DNA of 64,000 bases from Thermoplasmata archaeon (GTDB lineage: Archaea; Thermoplasmatota; Thermoplasmata; Halarchaeoplasmatales; Halarchaeoplasmataceae): the NCBI GenBank assembly GCA_046540335.1, contig JBKHFH010000002.1:5287-69286 (forward strand). The letters run 5' to 3'. Below, one piece after another: positions 59,997 through 64,000 of the stretch (position 1 is its first letter; each line of letters begins with the position of its first letter). The notes under the pieces are model-generated. The model saw nothing but the letters and a program-made list of their open reading frames with translations, was not told the origin of the DNA and ran no database searches. The position numbers and the translations under genes were made by a program.

Positions 59997-60610
59997 AAGT
60001 AGTTCTACCCAAGGGACGATTATTCGAAAGATCGTTTGAGCTGATGAAGGAAGTCGGTCTTCAGCTGAAAAGACCCGATGATAGGGACCTGATAGCCGGG
60101 ACGGGAAAAGATGAACTGATGGTCCCTAAACCCTTCGACGTGCCTGTTTACGTGGAGCGTATAGCCGACATGGGCATAACAGGTAGAGACGTGGTGGAGG
60201 AGAGGAACTGTGATGTCTTCATACCTCTCAGACTGCCCTTCGGTGAGTGCAGACTCAGTATAGCCGTGCCCCAGGAGGAAGATATAGAAGTCGAAGAGAT
60301 GGACGGATACAGGATCGCTACCGAGTTCCCGAACATCTCGGAAAGATACTTCAAGGAAAAAAACGTCGAAGTAGAGATCGTGAGGGTCGACGGTTCCACA
60401 GAGTTAGCACCTAGAGCCGAGATATCCGATGCGATCGTCGACATCGTCCAGACGGGAAGCACCTTAGAGGCCAACGGTCTGGTCGAGCTCGAAAAGATCA
60501 TCGATGTATCTGCCGTTTTATTGGTGAACAGGATCTCCCAGAAGACAAGATTTGAAGAGATCAATGAGTTAATATCGAAGTTGAAAGAGGTGAGTCAAGA
60601 TGGACGTTAG
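59993..60610 (+). CDS. hisG: ATP phosphoribosyltransferase, short form
   Basis: '[23 protein letters not shown]', '[14 protein letters not shown]'; 205 aa, which is the HisZ-dependent short form; ATGA overlap with hisZ. Confidence 0.85.
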   Translation: MKVVLPKGRLFERSFELMKEVGLQLKRPDDRDLIAGTGKDELMVPKPFDVPVYVERIADMGITGRDVVEERNCDVFIPLRLPFGECRLSIAVPQEEDIEVEEMDGYRIATEFPNISERYFKEKNVEVEIVRVDGSTELAPRAEISDAIVDIVQTGSTLEANGLVELEKIIDVSAVLLVNRISQKTRFEEINELISKLKEVSQDGR

Positions 60611-61736
60611 AAGGAAAGTATTTGAGATATTGAAAGATGTGAGAGAAGAAAGAACGGAAGCTGTTAGGAGATACAGTAAAAAATTCGACGACTACGACGG
60701 GAAATTGAAGGTAGAATACATGAGTCCAGGGCAAGAGATCCCGGAGGAAGATAAACATGTGATAGAGGAAATTATAGACAGAGTTTTCAGATACCACAGG
60801 AGACAGCTGGAGAACGACGAGCTTTATACCGAGCGTGGATCAATCTACGGTATGTTACATAGACCTGAGCAGAGAGCTGGTCTTTACGTCCCTGGAGGTG
60901 AACCTCTGCCTTCGTCTCTGATAATGTCGGGCGTTCCCGCGAAGATAGCAGGGGTTGAAGATGTGGCGGTTGTCACCCCGCCGATGGATGGTGAGATCGA
61001 TCCCTACGTGTCGTTCGTCGCCGATAGTCTTGGGTTCGACGAGATCTACATGATCGGAGGAGCACAGGCAATCGGAGCGATGGCTTACGGTGCTGGGATG
61101 AAAAAAGTCGATAAGATCTTCGGACCCGGAAATGAATATGTAAACGAAGCGAAGAGACAGGTTTTCGGTGACGTAGGTATAGACAGTCTAGCGGGTCCGT
61201 CAGATGTATGCATCATCTCTGATAGTTCCGCCAGGGTCAGTTACGTGCTGTCGGATCTCGAGTCTCAACTGGAGCACGGCGTAAATTCCAAAGCCTGGCT
61301 GTTGACCACTTCGGAAGAACTTGCCGAGGAAGCCCGGTCGAGGACCGATTCCGAAGTGTTCCTATTTAAAGATCTAAACAGTTGTGTCGAGAAGAGCAAC
61401 GAGATAGCTCCGGAACATCTGGAGATCATCACTGAAGACCCTCTCGGGGTTTTGGAAGGAGTGAAGAACGCCGGTGCGGTTTACCTTGGAGAGTACACGC
61501 CCGTAGCGGCCGCGGATTACTTCCTAGGAGTAAATCACATACTGCCTACCGGGGGAGCTTCTAGATTCTCTTCTGTCTTGACGGTAAAGGACTTCATGAA
61601 ATCCATGAGCGTCGCTTATGTTGGAGAAGATGAGTTCAGAGATGATTGCCATCTAGGAATCAGACTGGCCGATATAGAAAACATGACATCTCACAAGAGA
61701 TCTATGGAGGTGAGATTGGATGAGAAGGAAGACTGA
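60600..61736 (+). CDS. hisD: histidinol dehydrogenase
   Basis: '[16 protein letters not shown]' and '[13 protein letters not shown]' HisD motifs; 378 aa. Confidence 0.85.
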   Translation: MDVRRKVFEILKDVREERTEAVRRYSKKFDDYDGKLKVEYMSPGQEIPEEDKHVIEEIIDRVFRYHRRQLENDELYTERGSIYGMLHRPEQRAGLYVPGGEPLPSSLIMSGVPAKIAGVEDVAVVTPPMDGEIDPYVSFVADSLGFDEIYMIGGAQAIGAMAYGAGMKKVDKIFGPGNEYVNEAKRQVFGDVGIDSLAGPSDVCIISDSSARVSYVLSDLESQLEHGVNSKAWLLTTSEELAEEARSRTDSEVFLFKDLNSCVEKSNEIAPEHLEIITEDPLGVLEGVKNAGAVYLGEYTPVAAADYFLGVNHILPTGGASRFSSVLTVKDFMKSMSVAYVGEDEFRDDCHLGIRLADIENMTSHKRSMEVRLDEKED

Positions 61737-62256
61737 AGAAGTGGAAATCGTGGTAAAGTTGGATGAAGAGGGAGAGATCGATACAGGGGATAAATGTCTC
61801 GATCACCTTTTGGAGACCTTCTTCTTCTATATGGGTGAAGATGCTGTGGTCCAAGCTAAGGGAGACCTGAGACATCATCTGTGGGAAGATGTCGGTATCG
61901 TACTCGGCAAAGAGATCAAGAGATGGAAGGAAGAAAAAAGCGAAAGAGTAAATCGGTTCGGTGAAGCTATCATGCCGATGGACGAGGCTCTGGTTCTTGT
62001 TTCATTAGACATCACTAGGAACTATCTCTCTTTCGACGTCTCTCCCGCGGAGATAGAAAAAGGGTTTGAGCCTACACTGGTAAAAGAGTTCATCAATGCT
62101 ATGGTCAGAAACCTGGGAGCTACACTGCATATCAAGCAGTTGAGTGGAGAAAATTCACACCATGTTATCGAAGCGGTCTTCAAAGCGCTCGGTATTGCCT
62201 TCTCGGAAGCACTTGAAGGGAGTGATGAACTCAGGAGTACCAAGGGTGAGCTCTAG
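61720..62256 (+). CDS. hisB: imidazoleglycerol-phosphate dehydratase
   Basis: 'GDKCLDHLLETFFFYMG', 'HHLWEDVGIVLG' and 'ENSHHVIEAVFKALG' IGPD motifs. Confidence 0.85.
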   Translation: MRRKTEEVEIVVKLDEEGEIDTGDKCLDHLLETFFFYMGEDAVVQAKGDLRHHLWEDVGIVLGKEIKRWKEEKSERVNRFGEAIMPMDEALVLVSLDITRNYLSFDVSPAEIEKGFEPTLVKEFINAMVRNLGATLHIKQLSGENSHHVIEAVFKALGIAFSEALEGSDELRSTKGEL

Positions 62257-62853
62257 ATGATCTGTATCGTGGATCTGGACGTTGGAAATCTAGCGAACGT
62301 GAAAAGGGCACTCGGTGGGAATATCTCCAGTGATCCAGCGCTGGTCGAACAAGCGGACAAGATAGTGCTTCCAGGCGTAGGGAATTTCGGGTCGGTATCG
62401 GAAGAGATCGAGTCACTGAGAGATGTTATAGTTGAAGGTGTTGAAGAGGGAAAACCCATCTTAGGTATATGCCTGGGTATGCACCTGCTTTTCGAAGATA
62501 GTGATGAAGGTCGAGGGAACGGGCTCGGCATATTGAAGGGAGAAGTCCGCAGGTTTCGTGAGAAAAGGACCCCGCACATAGGTTGGAACACCGTGAATTT
62601 CAATGAACGGTCGAAACTTTTTGAGGGTATCGGTGAGAACGAATATTTCTATTTCGCCCACTCTTACCGGGCGTATCCTGAGGACGAAGGGATCGTGGTA
62701 GGCAGAACAGAGCGTGCTGTTGGAGGGAGCTATGAGACTTTCCCTTCCATCGTGCAGAAGGATAACTTCTACGGTACTCAATTCCACCCGGAGAAGTCGG
62801 GTATAGCAGGGCGAAAACTGCTGAATAATTTCAAAGAGCGCGGGGCGGTATGA
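62257..62853 (+). CDS. hisH: imidazole glycerol phosphate synthase, glutamine amidotransferase subunit
   Basis: 'MICIVDLDVGNLANVKRAL', 'LPGVGNFG' and 'GICLGMHLLFE' (class I GATase Cys). Confidence 0.85.
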   Translation: MICIVDLDVGNLANVKRALGGNISSDPALVEQADKIVLPGVGNFGSVSEEIESLRDVIVEGVEEGKPILGICLGMHLLFEDSDEGRGNGLGILKGEVRRFREKRTPHIGWNTVNFNERSKLFEGIGENEYFYFAHSYRAYPEDEGIVVGRTERAVGGSYETFPSIVQKDNFYGTQFHPEKSGIAGRKLLNNFKERGAV

Positions 62854-63554
62854 TGGAATTCTTACCGGCTATAGACCTGATGGATGGAGAGGTGGTCCGA
62901 CTGAAAAGAGGCGTTAAGCGAGAGAAAGTGGTTTATGGAGATCCTCTGGAGACCGCACGTCGATTTAGAGAGTATGTCGAGAAGATCCACGTGGTGGATC
63001 TAGATGGTGCATTTGATGGAGTACCTCGGAACCTTTCCGTCGTGGAGGATATCATAGAGGAGACTGACCTCGATGTTCAATACGGCGGTGGACTTAGAAA
63101 CTATCAAGACGTAGAGAGAGCGTATGAAGCAGGTGTAGAAAATGCGATCATCGGAACCAAAGCTCTGGAAGAGTCTTTCATCGAAAGGATCACGGATGAA
63201 TTTGAAGGCGTAACAGTAAGTCTAGACGTGAAAAACGGTATGGTCGCCCTAGAGGGCTGGAAAGTGAAGAGCGAAGTGTCTGTGAAGGAAGCCTACCAGA
63301 TGGTTAAAGAGCACGTGGATAGGTTCATCTACACTTCCATCGAAAGAGACGGTGTTCTTGAAGGTTTAGGTGAGTGGGATAACTTCTGGAATGATGAAGA
63401 GTTCATATATGCCGGAGGTGTGAGCAGTTTGACGGATGTTTTGAGATTGAAGAGGTCCGAGTTCTCCGGCTTCGTGGTGGGGAGAGCTCTATACGAAGGT
63501 GCGCTGAATCTCGAAGATATAGAAAGAACGTTGAGGTGTGAAGATGCTGGCTAA
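62850..63554 (+). CDS. hisA: ProFAR isomerase
   Basis: 'LPAIDLMDGEVVRLKRG', 'VVDLDGA' and 'ENAIIGTKA'; ATGA overlap with hisH. Confidence 0.85.
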   Translation: MMEFLPAIDLMDGEVVRLKRGVKREKVVYGDPLETARRFREYVEKIHVVDLDGAFDGVPRNLSVVEDIIEETDLDVQYGGGLRNYQDVERAYEAGVENAIIGTKALEESFIERITDEFEGVTVSLDVKNGMVALEGWKVKSEVSVKEAYQMVKEHVDRFIYTSIERDGVLEGLGEWDNFWNDEEFIYAGGVSSLTDVLRLKRSEFSGFVVGRALYEGALNLEDIERTLRCEDAG

Positions 63555-64000
63555 AAGAGTGGTAGCTGCTCTAGACATAAAAGATGGTGAAGTGGTCAAG
63601 GGAACCAACTTCAGAGATCTTAGGTCCGCGGGTGATCCTTTAACATTGGCCAAAAAGTACGAGAGAAGCGGGATCGACGAGTTAGTACTTCTTGACATAC
63701 ACGCTACTCTTGAGGAACGCAAGATCTTCAGCGAGTTAGTCGAGAAAGTAGCTGCTGAATTATCCGTTCCATTCACCGTCGGAGGAGGGATACGCAAAGT
63801 AAAAACGGCGAGAGAGATGGTAAGGAAAGGAGCCGATAAGATATTCGTGAATACCGCGGCGGTGGAAGATCCCAGTATGGTAGTGAAATTGAATCAGGTG
63901 ATCGGTGCCTCGAACCTTGTCATAGCGATAGACGGAAAACGTGATGGAGATGACTGGAAAGTTTTCACTCACGGAGGTAAAAAAGGCAGAGATCTGAACG
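63544..64000 (+). CDS. hisF: imidazole glycerol phosphate synthase cyclase subunit (partial; runs off the window end)
   Basis: 'MLAKRVVAALDIKDGEVVKGTNFRDLRSAGDPL' and 'DELVLLDI' HisF N-terminal motifs; no stop before position 64000. Confidence 0.85.
   Translation, partial: MLAKRVVAALDIKDGEVVKGTNFRDLRSAGDPLTLAKKYERSGIDELVLLDIHATLEERKIFSELVEKVAAELSVPFTVGGGIRKVKTAREMVRKGADKIFVNTAAVEDPSMVVKLNQVIGASNLVIAIDGKRDGDDWKVFTHGGKKGRDLN

Overview
This 64 kb window is chromosomal DNA with dense, mostly co-directional genes. It is most likely archaeal (euryarchaeal or Thermoplasmatota-like), judging from acidic Glu/Lys-rich proteins, ATGA start/stop overlaps, oligo-T gene ends, a GHMP-type shikimate kinase, the alternative haem (Ahb) pathway, an A1:U72 initiator tRNA and a PGF-CTERM-like anchor. 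No mobile elements, integrases or CRISPR arrays are visible. The contents, in order:

- **1-2.5 kb:** an ATP-cone protein, a secreted fasciclin protein and pheA.
- **2.8-10.8 kb:** a complete aromatic amino-acid operon: classical DAHP synthase, a small embedded wHTH regulator, aroB, aroD, aroE, archaeal aroK, aroA, aroC, a chorismate mutase and tyrA.
- **11-18.2 kb:** a sirohaem/alternative-haem operon: precorrin-2 dehydrogenase, hemC, a cobA-hemD fusion, a radical-SAM AhbC/D, hemB, a second radical-SAM Ahb, and ahbA/ahbB.
- **18.3-29.2 kb:** membrane and transport genes: a YedZ-like haem-b membrane protein, an SLC12-like transporter broken by an in-frame TAG, an M29 aminopeptidase, an MscS-like channel, a membrane protein with another in-frame TAG, an MFS transporter and a Ca-type P-type ATPase.
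- **29.3-30.8 kb:** an uncharacterised four-gene operon of three paralogous coiled-coil proteins plus a PRC-barrel protein.
- **31-45.7 kb:** MgtC/DUF4010, an S2P protease, Nnr, urocanase (hutU), GNAT, HAD, a PPP phosphatase, hypothetical proteins, a formiminotransferase-cyclodeaminase with a C2H2-like insertion, and a pair of GNAT-like paralogs.
- **45.8-55.4 kb:** two giant, divergently transcribed surface proteins: one with SdrD-B repeats, and a 1.8k-aa S8 subtilase with a PGF-CTERM-like tail.
- **55.5-64 kb:** DUF72, an acidic repeat protein, a DtxR-family regulator, the initiator tRNA-Met, PAP2, and the start of a his operon (hisZ-G-D-B-H-A-F, with hisF running off the window).

The best leads are the coiled-coil/PRC-barrel operon, the duplicated 30-nt motif with its embedded regulator in the aro operon, the two in-frame TAG codons, and the zinc-finger-like insertion in FTCD.
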